In this document: one piece after another, positions 46,543 to 59,179 of the stretch
Layout of the letters: each line of letters begins with the position of its first letter
Position numbering within the stretch: the stretch's first letter is position 1
Notes under the pieces: generated by a model
Told to the model about the DNA's origin: nothing
What the model saw: the letters and a program-made list of their open reading frames with translations, nothing else
The model's database searches: none
Assembly: GCA_002269645.1 (NCBI GenBank)
Contig: NIVC01003179.1
Location: forward strand, 49,659 to 113,658
Reading direction: 5' to 3'
Length of the DNA: 64,000 nt
DNA from: Macrostomum lignano
Lineage: Eukaryota
Position numbers and translations under genes: made by a program

Positions 46543-47550
46543 TCTTTCCAATACAATTTCAACCAGCCCGCCTATGAAGGGCCGCCGCCCTCCTACGAGG
46601 AGTCCATGGCGATGGCGCCTCCTGCCAGGCCGGCGGCTCCGTCGGCCCCGCAGCCGCAGCCGGTGAACCCGGAGGTGGCCATGTGGTTCGCCGCCGTTGA
46701 TGAGAACAACGACGGCTCAATCACGGTGCAGGAGTTGCAGGAGGCCCTGGTTACCGATGATTGGCGTCATTTCACTCTGAGCACCTGCCGGCTGCTGGTC
46801 AGCATGTTCGATGTTGACAAGAGCGGCTTTATTGAGCTCGGCGAGTTCGAGGTTCGATTTTTACAAGAATTGGTGGCTTGTATTTGAATTGAAGACTGCG
46901 GAGGCGTTGTTAGTCTTTTATATTCCCGAAAATTCCATCTTCACAAACCTTAATCTTCACAATTCACTAGCTTCACAAACCTTAATCTTCACAATTCACT
47001 AGCTTCACAAACCTTAATCTTCACAATCCACAATCTTCACAATCCACAATCTTCACAATCCACAATATTTACAATCCACAACCTTCACAAACCACAGTCT
47101 TCACAATCCACAGTCTTCACAATCCACAACCTTTCCAACCCACGAGTTTCACAATCATTTTACAACTTAACAGGGTGGCAACGTGTCTCATAGCCAGATA
47201 TCCCAAGGCTTACGCAGAGCTCCCCAACCCCCCCCCCATCTCAGGCCATCTACAACTTTGTGCAGCGCTGGCGCGGCATCTTCATGTCCTACGACGCCGA
47301 CAACTCGGGCCTGATCGACTCCAAGGAGCTGGCCTCGGCACTGCAGCAGATCCACTCGCGCCAGTTCTCGCCACATTTTCTACACGTGGCTCAGCGCAGA
47401 TTCCAGCAGAACGGGTCCGGCGAGATGAATCTGGACGGCTTCATCTCGTTGAACGCGCTAATTAGCCGGTACAGCAGGGACTACGAGACTAACGGCAGAG
47501 GCCAGGCCTTTGAGGAGTTCCTTATTCGCAGTCTGAATAGCAGCGCCTGA
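46543..47550 (+). CDS. Penta-EF-hand protein, paralog 2 (exons 46543-46851 and 47245-47550; start uncertain)
   Basis: An acceptor TTTCCCTCCCGCAG precedes the in-frame SFQYNFNQPAYEGPPPSYEESMAM. EF loops are DENNDGSITVQE, DVDKSGFIELGE and DADNSGLIDSKE. The phase-0 intron (GAG|GTTCGA, weak donor; CATCTCAG acceptor) lies at the same codon as in paralog 3. Confidence 0.85.
46935..47160. repeat. ~16-bp CTTCACAATCCACAAT-type repeat in the PEF2 intron
   Basis: Directly visible. Confidence 0.85.
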
Positions 47551-48299
47551 GCACCATTTTTAACTACTCTGAGACCACGGACCAGCGCTGAGGGCTGGCT
47601 ACAGTCTGCTCAATGGAGCTCTAGTAGAGCAGTGTGTGTTTTTTTAACTATGATTTAAAGGTACATGCTTTTTCTTTACTATTTTCTTGAGTGGAATATC
47701 TTTTTTTAACTGAGACTACTGCAAGTAAGTAGTAGTAGGTTTTACTAAACTAAATTTTATTAAGATGTTATATAAGCCTTTGGCCTTTTTCCTGTCTATA
47801 TACCATCGATCTAATCGCTTCCATTTTTCTTTACTAGACTACTCTCTCATTACTATATAAAGCAAATATATAAATTAGTGCCAGTTTTTGTGCAATTTCA
47901 TTCTCCAGTGTTTGTGAAGCTTCAGTTCCCTTTTGTTAATTGTGCTGCTTATGTGATTGGGAGTCACTCATTTAATTATCTTATTCCTGACGTGCCGCCT
48001 CAGCGGTGTGCTCGCCAATTTTATTCATATAATCCTTTTATTTATTGCTTTGCCTCTCTTCAAACCAGAATAAATGCGACACCTGTTAATTGTTGATTTT
48101 TACTAACCATTAATAATTTGTGTCTGAATTTATGGTCAGTATTGTGCAGTCATTTGCCAAAGTTAAACTGACTTTTTTCTTTTTTTGCTGTCCCGTTTTG
48201 AAAAAAGTAAAATACTCTTCTAAGATACTTTTTTTATTTAAGGGTTTGACGTCGTTTTTGCTTTTTTATTCAATATGCTCGTATGTACTCAGGTTCAAG

Positions 48300-50685
48300 C
48301 AGGGAGTCCGGGAGTCGTGTCTGTGTCAGACAGTCCTGTCTGTGTGTCAGACAGTTGTGCCTGTGTCAGACAGTTGTGTCTGTGTGTCAGACAGTCATGT
48401 CTATGTGTCAGACAGTCGTGTCTGTGTCAGATAGTTGTGTCTGTGTCAGACAGTCCTGTCTGTGTCAGTCGTGTCTGTGTCAGATAGTCGTGTCTATGTC
48501 AGACAGTCGTGTCTGTGTCAGATAGTTGTGTCTGTGTGTCAGACAGTCATGTCTATGTGTCAGACAGTCGTGTCTGTGTCAGATAGTTGTGTCTGTGTGT
48601 CAGACAGTCGTGTCTGTGTGTCAGACAGTCGTGTCTGTGTCAGACAGTTGTGCCTGTGTCAGACAGTCGTGTCTGTGTCAGACAGTCGTGTCTGTGTCAG
48701 TCGTGTCTGTGTCAGATAGTCGTGTCTATGTCAGACAGTCGTGTCTGTGTCAGATAGTTGTGTCTGTGTGTCAGACAGTCATGTCTATGTGTCAGACAGT
48801 CGTGTCTGTGTCAGATAGTTGTGTCTGTGTGTCAGACAGTCATGTCTATGTGTCAGACAGTCGTGTCTGTGTCAGATAGTTGTGTCTGTGTGTCAGACAG
48901 TCGTGTCTGTGTGTCAGACGGTCGTGTCTGTGTCAGACAGTCGTGTCTGTGTCAGACAGTTGTGCCTGTGTCAGACAGTCGTGTCTGTGTGTCAGAAAGT
49001 TGTGTCTGTGTCGGACAGTTGTGCCTGTGTCAGACAGTCGTGTCTGTGTGTCAGACAGTCGTGTCTGTGTGTCAGACAGTCGTGTCTGTGTGTCAGACAG
49101 TCGTGTCTGTGTCAGACAGTTGTGCCTGTGTCAGACAGTCGTGTCTGTGTGTCAGAAAGTTGTGTCTGGTTCAGACAGTTGTGCCTGTGTCAGACAGTTG
49201 TGCCTGTGTCAGACAGTCGTGTGTGTCAGACAGTTGTGTCTGTGTCAGATAGTTGTGTCTGTGTCAGACAGTCGTGTCTGTGTCAGTCGTGTCTGTGTCA
49301 GATAGTTGTGTCTGTGTCAGACAGTCGTGTCTGTTTCAGATAGTTGTGTCTGTGTCAGACAGTTGTGCCTCTGTCAGACAGTCGTGTCTGTGTCAGACAG
49401 TTGTGCCTATGTCAGACAGTTGTGTCTGTGTCAGACAGTTGTGTCTGTGTCAGACAGTTGTGCCTGTGTGTCAGACAGTCGTGTCTGTGTCAGATAGTTG
49501 TGTCTGTGTGTCAGACAGTCCTGTCTGTGTCAGTCGTGTCTGTGTCAGATAGTCGTGTCTATGTCAGACAGTCGTGTCTGTGTCAGATAGTTGTGTCTGT
49601 GTGTCAGACTGTCGTGTCTGTGTGTCAGACAGTCGTGTCTGTGTCAGACAGTCGTGTCTGTGTCAGACAGTCGTGTCTGTGTCAGTCGTGTCTGTGTCAG
49701 ATAGTCGTGTCTATGTCAGACAGTCGTGTCTGTGTCAGATAGTTGTGTCTGTGTGTCAGACAGTCATGTCTATGTGTCAGACAGTCGTGTCTGTGTCAGA
49801 TAGTTGTGTCTGTGTGTCAGACAGTCGTGTCTGTGTGTCAGACAGTCGTGTCTGTGTCAGACAGTTGTGCCTGTGTCAGACAGTCGTGTCTGTGTGTCAG
49901 AAAGTTGTGTCTGTGTCAGACAGTTGTGCCTGTGTCAGACAGTCGTGTCTGTGTGTCAGACAGTCGTGTCTGTGTCAGACAGTTGTGCCTGTGTCAGACA
50001 GTCGTGTCTGTGTGTCAGAAAGTTGTGTCTGTGTCAGACAGTTGTGCCTGTGTCAGACAGTCGTGTCTGTGTGTCAGACAGTCGTGTCTGTGTCAGACAG
50101 TTGTGCCTGTGTCAGACAGTCGTGTCTGTGTGTCAGAAAGTTGTGTCTGTGTCAGACAGTTGTGCCTGTGTCAGACAGTTGTGCCTGTGTCAGACAGTCG
50201 TGTGTGTCAGACAGTTGTGTCTGTGTCAGATAGTTGTGTCTGTGTCAGACAGTTGTGCCTGTGTCAGACAGTCGTGTCTGTGTGTCAGACAGTCGTGTCT
50301 GTGTCAGACAGTTGTGCCTGTGTCAGACAGTCGTGTCTGTGTGTCAGAAAGTTGTGTCTGTGTCAGACAGTTGTGCCTGTGTCAGACAGTTGTGCCTGTG
50401 TCAGACAGTCGTGTGTGTCAGACAGTTGTGTCTGTGTCAGATAGTTGTGTCTGTGTCAGACAGTCGTGTCTGTGTCAGTCGTGTCTGTGTCAGATAGTCG
50501 TGTCTATGTCAGACAGTCGTGTCTGTGTCAGATAGTTGTGTCTGTGTCAGACAGTCGTGTCTGTGTCAGTCGTGTCTATGTCAGACAGTCGTGTCTGTGT
50601 CAGATAGTTGTGTCTGTGTCAGACAGTCGTGTCTGTGTCAGATAGTTGTGTCTGTGTCAGACAGTCGTGTCTGTGTCAGACAGAA
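48300..50685. repeat. 19/21-bp minisatellite (GTCAGACAGTCGTGTCTGT[GT])n
   Basis: 2.4-kb array; the many Cys/Val-rich ORFs are artefacts. Confidence 0.97.
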
Positions 50686-51109
50686 GTGAACATCTGTCAG
50701 GTCAACTTCGTCAGCAGCGCAGTGCAGCAAGGCTGATAATTGATTGTTGAAAATTCATATTTTTTTGCTATCCAGATCAGATTCGCTGTGCATATTGAAG
50801 CCCAGGTGCCCTATTATTATTATTTCGAGTATTATTCATTTAAATTTTGTTTTTCCTAACTGTTTTAACCAAAAACTAAACCAAGCTGGATTTAAAAAAC
50901 GAGTTCATAGCTGTCAAGGTGTCAACTGCTGTCAGTAAAAATTAAACGTGCTGTTTTACTTTATAAAATTTCTACTGTTATGCAGCAGACTGCGCAAATG
51001 ATAACCCATTGTTTGGATTAACTATAGACTGCGAGTATTTAATTAATTATTCTTTAAATAACCTGCCTTCGCTTTGCTTACGTTATTGATATTTTTTTCT
51101 GATTTTTTA

Positions 51110-51440
51110 TCTCAGTTAAGAGTGCCCAGTTCCTCAGTTAAGAGTGCCCAGATTCTCAGTTAAGAGTACCCAGTTCCTCAGTTAAGAGTGCCCAGATCCT
51201 CAATTAAGAGTGCCCAGATTCTCAGTTAGGAGTGCCCAGAGCCTAAGTTAAGAGTGCCCAGATCCTCAGTTAAGAGTACCCAGATCCTCAATTAAGAGTG
51301 CCCAGATTCTCAGTTAAGAGTACCCAGATCCTCAGTTAAGAGTACCCAGTTCCTCAGTTAAGAGTGCCCAGATCCTCAATTAAGAGTGCCCAGATTCTCA
51401 GTTAGGAGTGCCCAGAGCCTAAGTTAAAAGTGTCCAGATT
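51110..51440. repeat. 22-bp minisatellite (CTCAGTTAAGAGTGCCCAGATC-like)n
   Basis: Directly visible. Confidence 0.93.
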
Positions 51441-51451
51441 CTGTCTTACAG

Positions 51452-51617
51452 CTACAATACCAACATCCCCAGTCTTACAGCTACAATACCAACATCCCCA
51501 GTCTTACAGCTACAATACCAACATCCCCAGTCTTACAGCTACAATACCAACATCCCCAGTCTTACAGCTACAATACCAACATCCCCTGTCTTACAGCTAC
51601 AATACCAACATCCCCAG
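51452..51617. repeat. 29-bp minisatellite (TCTTACAGCTACAATACCAACATCCCCAG)n abutting the PEF3 exon
   Basis: About 6 units; the last AG is the apparent splice acceptor. Confidence 0.93.
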
Positions 51618-53082
51618 TTACGGGGACGCGGCTGGAGTGCCGCCGCCGCCAGCCTACGAAGATGCGGCTGGAGCAAATCGAGGTGGCGCCGGATCGCATC
51701 CCGGATATCCTGCTCAGCAGCAGCAGCCGCCGTACAATCCGCAGTTCAATCCTCAGCAGCAGCAGCAGCAGCAGCCCTACAATCCGCAGTTCAATCCCCA
51801 GCAGCAGCAGCAGCCCTACAATCCGCAGTTCAATCCCCAGCAGCAGCAGACTCCGTATCCTCAGCAGCCGCCGTACAATCCGCAGCAGCAGCAGCCGGGG
51901 CCGCCGCCTCCGTCTCTGCAGCTGGCGTCCAACGTGAACCCGGAGGTGGCCAGCTGGTTCGCCGTTGTTGACGAAAATCGCGACGGCGCAATCACCGTGT
52001 CGGAGCTGCAGAGCGCTCTGATCAATGACGACGGCAGATCGTTTGAACTGGCAACTTGCCAGATGCTGGTGAACATGTTCGACTCCGACCGGAGCGGCAC
52101 TATTGACGTTCGAGAGTTCGAGGTGAGCTTTGGGATTAGCGGACCTTAGCCTTCTCGGGATTGGATTAGCGGAGCTTAATCTTTTCAGGATGGGATTAGC
52201 GGAGCTTAATCTCAGGATGGGATTAGCGGAGCTTAATCTCAGGATAGGATTAGCGGAGCTTAATCTTTTCAGGATGAGATTAGCAGAGCTTAATCTCAGG
52301 ATGTAATTAGCGGAGCTTAATCTTTTCAGGATGAGATTAGCAGAGCTTAATCTCAGGATGGGATTAGCGGAGCTTAATCTCAGTATGGGATTAGCGGAGC
52401 TTAATCTCAGTATGGGATTAGCGGAGCTTAATCTCAGTATGGGATTAGCGGAGCTTAATCTCAGTATGGGATTAGCGGAGCTTAATCTCAGTATGGGATT
52501 AGCGGAGCTTAATCTCAGTATGGGATTAGCGGAGCTTAATCTCAGTATGGGATTAGCGGAGCTTAATCTCAGGATGGGATTAGCGGAGCTTAATCTTTTT
52601 GTGTCTAAATGAGATTTCGCCAGCTCATCTTAACCACCTCACCAGAACTCACCAGTACGCACACCGTAGGAGATTCGCTTCACATCCTTTTCTCGCTACT
52701 CATTAGTAGCCGATCGGATTCGAGAGCTCAGAAGCTGTCTGCATGACAAACGCCACCCCCCTTGGCCTCATTCACGCAGGCCATCTTCAATTTCGTCCGT
52801 CATTGGCGCGCCGTGTTCGTCGACTTCGACGCCAGCCGGTCGCGCCAGCTGACGCCGATGGAGCTCGGCAACGCCCTCAACCGCGTGCACTCCTGCGCCT
52901 TCTCGCCGCGCTTTATTGACCAGGCCGCTCGCCGGTTCGCCCGGCCGCCAGCTATGGAAGTCGGCCTGGACAGCTTCATCTCGCTGAACGCCCTGATCGC
53001 CTCGGCGGCGCATCGCTACCGCACCGAGGGCCGCGGCGCGCCCTACGAGGACTTCCTGCTCAACTGTATTATGCGGGCCTGA
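51618..53082 (+). CDS. Penta-EF-hand protein, paralog 3, with a Pro/Gln-rich repetitive N-terminus (exons ~51618-52122 and 52780-53082; first exon not identified)
   Basis: PPPPAYED, repeated QQPYNPQFNP, and EF loops DENRDGAITVSE and DSDRSGTIDVRE. Donor GAG|GTGAGC and acceptor TTCACGCAG are phase 0. Exon 2 aligns with PEF2 exon 2. Confidence 0.85.
52130..52600. repeat. 27-bp minisatellite (GGGATTAGCGGAGCTTAATCTCAGTAT)n in the PEF3 intron
   Basis: Directly visible. Confidence 0.95.
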
Positions 53083-53189
53083 GTGCTTGTGAAGCTGGAG
53101 ACAGTGACAGAAACTGAAATATAAAGACTCCGCACAATGCTTTGCAAGTTGCCTGCGTCGCCTCATCTCTTCCAGATTTGCGTTCAGTG

Positions 53190-54550
53190 AGATCTAACCC
53201 CTGAGATCTACCATTGAGATCTACCATTGAGATCTATCATTGAGATCTACCATTAAAATCTAACCCCTGAGATCTACCATTGAGATCTACCATTAAAATC
53301 TAACCCCTGAGATCTACCATTGAGATCTACCATTAAAATCTAACCCCTGAGATCTACCATTGAGATCTACCATTAAAATCTAACCCCTGAGATCTACCAT
53401 TCAGATCTACCATTAAAATCTAACCCCTGAGATCTACCATTGAGATCTACCATTGAGATCTATCATTGAGATCTACCATTAAAATCTAACTCCTGTGATC
53501 TACCATTGAGATCTATCATTGAGATCTACCATTAAAATCTAACCCCTGAGATCTACCATTGAGATCTACCATTGAAATCTAACCCCTGAGATCTACCATT
53601 GAGATCTACCATTGAAATCTAACCCCTGAGATCTACCATTGAGATCTACCATTGAGATCTATCATTGAGATCTACCATTAAAATCTAACCCCTGAGATCT
53701 ACCATTGAGATCTACCATTAAAATCTAACCCCTGAGATCTACCATTGAGATCTACCATTAAAATCTAACCCCTGAGATCTACCATTGAGATCTACCATTA
53801 AAATCTAACCCCTGAGATCTACCATTCAGATCTACCATTAAAATCTAACCCCTGAGATCTACCATTGAGATCTACCATTGAAATCTAACCCCTGAGATCT
53901 ACCATTGAGATCTACCATTGAAATCTAACCCCTGAGATCTACCATTCAGATCTACCATTAAAATCTAACCCCTGAGATCTACCATTGAGATCTACCATTG
54001 AGATCTATCATTGAGATCTACCATTAAAATCTAACTCCTGTGATCTACCATTGAGATCTATCATTGAGATCTACCATTAAAATCTAACCCCTGAGATCTA
54101 CCATTGAGATCTACCATTGAGATCTAACCCCTGAGATCTACCATTGAGATCTACCATTGAGATCTGTCATTGAGATCTACCATTAAAATCTAACTCCTGT
54201 GATCTACCATTGAGATCTACCATTGAGATCTATCATTGAGATCTACCATTAAAATCTAACCCCTGAGATCTACCATTGAGATCTACCATTGAAATCTAAC
54301 CCCTGAGATCTACCATTCAGATCTACCATTAAAATCTAACCCCTGAGATCTACCCATTGAGATATAACCCCTGAGATCTACCACTGAAATCCTGAGATCT
54401 ACTCCTGAGATCCTGAGATCTACCCCTGAAATCCTGAGATCCTGAGATTTTCCCCTGAAATCCTGAGATCTACCCCTGAGATCCTGAGATCCTGAGATTT
54501 TCCCCTGAGATCCTGAGATCTACCCCTGAGATCCTGAGATCTACCTTTGA
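53190..54550. repeat. Complex 13-bp-based repeat (GAGATCTACCATT with AAAATCTAACCCCT variants)
   Basis: Directly visible, with higher-order blocks. Confidence 0.95.
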
Positions 54551-56514
54551 GATTCAAATTTAGGATTTTTTTGTATCTTGATAATTCGCATCAATGCGAT
54601 CCACACCTGATCTGTCAATTTTGCTGCAGAAAAAACCTTTGGCTTTGGAATTTTCAATTTCCCAATGGATTTCCTGCAAAGCATCCCATTTTCCAGTTGT
54701 ACCCATTCCCAACTATTGAGTGTTTTATTTAATCTCCTTTTGTTTTGTTTAATCCTTTTCGTATTAATAATTTCAAATCCGGGACATATTCGTGTTTAAA
54801 TTGACTACTTTCTGCTTGAAGCAGATCAGTAGCGAGATGCGTATATGAACACATCCAAAACTGAACTTTTTATCCAGACCCTCGAGCACTCTTTTGAACC
54901 AAAAAATAGAAGCTTTTTTATGAAATTTGTTGATTTTAGACTCAGTGTATTTTCTATTGAAGTTCGTTTAATTTTTGTGTGTCAGTCTGTTGTAACTGCC
55001 TGTACAACAACCAACATTAATATGGTTGAATAATATTAAGTTATTTGTGCGTATTATACACTATATATGCCTGTTATCACATTATTCAAGCATGCCATAA
55101 TTAATACATTAAAGATGTGTTGCTGTTACATTATCATGTAACACATTTCCAAGTACAACCAGTTTGTTTATTTAACAACTAAAATGCATATAAATATCAA
55201 CTAACTTTTTTTAATCTATTCGGCTCACCCTTTCTGTCTACTGACAGTAACCAATCGGGGTTGTTAGTAGTTTATTGAATTTATGCTAATAATTTTTACC
55301 TGTCAGATTGGCAGTGGGAATGCTTAGACTCTGTTGACCAGATATCATTGACCTCCGGAGAACAGGTGGTCTCACTCTCGTCCTGAGCAGTAATCAGACA
55401 ATCCACTTGAGCAGCCTTAGAGACTAAACCGCCGCTGAACTTCCCTATTATAGACGAAGCATCTTACCGTATGGGGATATTCAACACTGTTTAAAATCCC
55501 CAGGCAAACAGCTCGGGGATAAACACGATTGCCCCTTGCTTGGCTTTGACAAAGCAATTTTCGGCCTTCCTTTGTCCGCGCGGGGAGGAGGGCTTCTTGT
55601 CAAATCAACAAGCAAATCAGAGGCTGCTTGCTCAACTCAGCACCAGTTGGTGTCCGCAAACATCCGCGATGGATTTTTGCCCCGCGATGTCCGGTTTTTT
55701 TATGCGAGATTGAGCAGCTGATTAGGGAAGAGGAAGATTTGAGCTCGCCTGGTTTTGAATCCCCTCCCATCAATAATGGACTGCGCCAAGCGGCAGGGGG
55801 GACTGCAGGGATTTTACTGCCAGCCAGGGGACGAGCAAGCAAAAGCAATTAATTTCCATCTTGAAGAAGGGTTGGCTATAAAAACGCAATCGGCACAAAA
55901 AGCCATTTACTGAGGAGAGAGTGAAGGAGTTTGTGTGTGTTTTAAAGCATGCTGCCAGGCCAGCTCTTTATACTCACTCGATTCAGCGGTTGAGATGCCT
56001 ATCGCGCAGCAGCTCACTGTATAAGATGCTGAAAATGCTAAAAAATGGATGAGATACCGAACTCCTGCGAGACTCGGTCCCTGCATTCGCGTGCCGAATA
56101 AGCAGAATTGTCTCCAATTGCTGTTGCTGGCTTGCCAGCAATGAGCTCTGCAGAATACTGCGCAAGTCACTGTCTGCTGTTGCCATGCCGGCCGGGCCAT
56201 TATTTACTGCTGGCTTATTAGCTAGGAAATTTTGCTTTTGGCACACTTCCCGTTTGTCGGGTGCATCCGAGAAGTTTCTTTTTTCACGTTCATGCGACAT
56301 TATTTTTGGTTTTTTTAGCAGTTTTTTATACCCATGCAGATATCTGAGTGCTTCAGAGTTGCGAGTGGATGAGAGCAACCAGCTCTTTATTCCTTTGGAG
56401 ATTCCCCGGCTTATATAAAATTATGTAGAGATCATTTCCGTGAATTAATATTCTGAATATTTTTAAGATAGAAGAAAGTACGAACTGGAGAAATGCATAT
56501 TCACCCAAACTGAA

Positions 56515-57330
56515 GTTTACCCTAAATGAGACTCACCCGAAATGAGACTCACCTAAGATGAGATTGACCTGAGATGAGATTCTCCTGAAATGAGACTCAC
56601 CCAAAATGAGACTCACCTGAAATGAGACTCACCCGAAATGAGACTCACCTAAGATGAGATTGACCTGAGATGAGATTCTCCTGAAATGAGACTCACCTAA
56701 AATGAGACTCACCTGAAATGAGACTCACCCAAAATGAGACTCACCTGAAATGAGACTCACCCAAAATAAGACTCACCTGAAATGAGATTCTCCTGAAATG
56801 GGACTCACCTAAGATGAGATTGACCTGAGATGAGATTCTCCTGAAATGAGACTCACCTAAAATGAGACTCACCTGAAATGAGACTCACCCAAAATGAGAC
56901 TCACCTGAAATGAGACTCACCCAAAATGAGACTCACCTGAAATGAGACTCACCCAAAATGAGACTCACCCAAAATGAGACTCACCCAAAATAAGACTCAC
57001 CTGAAATGAGATTCTCCTGAAATGGGACTCACCTAAGATGAGATTGACCTGAGATGAGATTCTCCTGAAATGAGACTCACCTAAGATGAGATTGACCTGA
57101 GATGAGATTCTACTGAAATGAGACTCACCCAAAATGAGACTCACCTGAAATGAGACTCACCCAAAATGAGACTCACCCAAAATAAGACTCACCTGAAATG
57201 AGATTCTCCTGAAATGAGACTCACCTAAGATGAGATTGACCTGAGATGAGATTCTCCTGAGATGAGACTCACCCGAAATGAGACTCACCCGAAATGAGAT
57301 TCAATCAAAATGAGATTCACCCGAATTAAG
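56515..57330. repeat. 16-bp minisatellite (AAATGAGACTCACCTG-like)n
   Basis: Directly visible. Confidence 0.95.
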
Positions 57331-59179
57331 ATTCTGGCACAGACATTGCCTTCATAGATAAAAGTTCAAGGCACAGCAAGCAGGTTTCACGAGATTCTAT
57401 GAATAAATCCAGCGCTAAGTGGCTGAGCCACCTAAAGCTTCCCCTCCGCCTCTGTGCGGCTCAATAAAAACGGGTTTTGGTTAATTTGCATGAAATTCAC
57501 GCTCTCAGTTCCATCTGAGGCTGTCGCTCCATCGCCGGAACTGATAGAGCAGCATCACACGCCCGCGGTCATATACGAGATGCAAGCAAGCTTTGAACCC
57601 TCTTAGCGCTCACATTTCACCGCACTTCCCATGCAAAGGAAAGCCCCGTGCGCATTTTAATGTATACACATATATAATCAATTGGAGTTGCGCATGCAGC
57701 TATTGCACAGGCTTGATGAAGGAGGAGCCCACCTGCAGCGGCTGAGCGATGCGGAACGGACCTCATTTCCACTGCCTTAACTGCAGCCTCGTCTGACGAA
57801 CTTCGGTTGTTGTGAATTGTGCGAGTTAGAAAAGCACTAAAAGGCATCGAAAGGAAGTGTTATAGAAGTTGGAGCCGGCATGGCACCTTCAGGATTTCAT
57901 GGAAACCTGAGATCCGCGGAGTATATGCGAATCGATGCATTGAAATTGAATGCTGTATATTTAAAAATGATAAATTTGTCAAAGACATCAGCCACGTATT
58001 TCTGTTCTTATGTACCGTTTTGTCCTGCTCAGATTTACGGAATGCAAATCCGCGTATATTTATCAGCCATTTGCGGGATCATTTGGATATGGGAACTCCC
58101 GCTGCGCTGGTCCTGCATGGCTGGGCACATGGGAGTGGAACGAGAAATCAGCACAATCAAAGGCTAAATATGGCTCAGTGTATATAACATGAGAAAGGGG
58201 ATTAATTGTCGCATTACCGTATTATACAGTGTATGCATCAACGGTTCTTGCAAAGTTGGCTGCACGCTAACCTGCACATGCATAGGGGTTGCGCCATCCT
58301 CTCACACTCTCAATAGGATGTTTTGACCTGTGACACCTCTATAATATGACCCTATCTGTCTACCTTATCTATATTCCCACCTCAGCGGGGGGCTGGGCTC
58401 TATATATGATGAATTCATCAACTCCTCCCACTTATCCATCAGCTATCTCTCGTTCTTTTTAAAAAATTAAATCCCACCCCAGGGGCAACCTCGCCAAACC
58501 ATTTTAATACTGTTTATAATTCTCTATAAAAATCAAATCGAACTTCATTTGTTATGCGGGCAACTCAACTCACTATATATAGGGAATACATGCGATATTG
58601 TCCACTCAACCAAAATTGCTCATATAATATCCTCAAGTATAGCAGCTTCCCTATTGTTCTCATTCTTGCCTTACATGATCTGTGGTAACTATGCTGAGCC
58701 TTCGCACCTTAATCCTACCTACTCTATTAATATATATGTAACACTTCTCTCCATCAAAATAATAAATAGTATTGAAATTTCACCATGCAATAAGTTTACT
58801 TGCCCCCATGACAACGCTTAAAATTTCAAATCCCTATTGACGTTTTCCAATTGAGTTCAGGTGGGAGATTCGAATACACAAGCGCAGTATGGCATACGCC
58901 AATTTGTTTAACTTGTCACTTCGACTGAATGTCCACGGCCTGTGGGTCCCGAACTGTGCATTGTGGCCAATCGCATGGGTGTGAAGCTGGGGCTCGTGGT
59001 CAGTTGGCTTGGATCACACCTTCTAATTAAATTGGAATGGAACTGCTCATACACAGTACTGGAGTTCAGATCTAATTGATAGGTGCCGAATTCCAAAGTC
59101 AGGAAAATCTGACATTAAGACTCCAGCACCAATGTATGGCGCTATAGTCTGATATGTGGCGCTAAAATATAATAAATTA

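Noticed and set aside
48275-50645. Cys/Val-rich ORFs resembling metallothionein or keratin-associated proteins
   Set aside because: 19/21-bp minisatellite read in all three frames.
55536-58192. Short ORFs, including MATADSDLRSILQSS... (minus strand, from 56186) and 57819-58187
   Set aside because: No recognisable homology or consistent exon chain; cannot be supported as genes from sequence alone.
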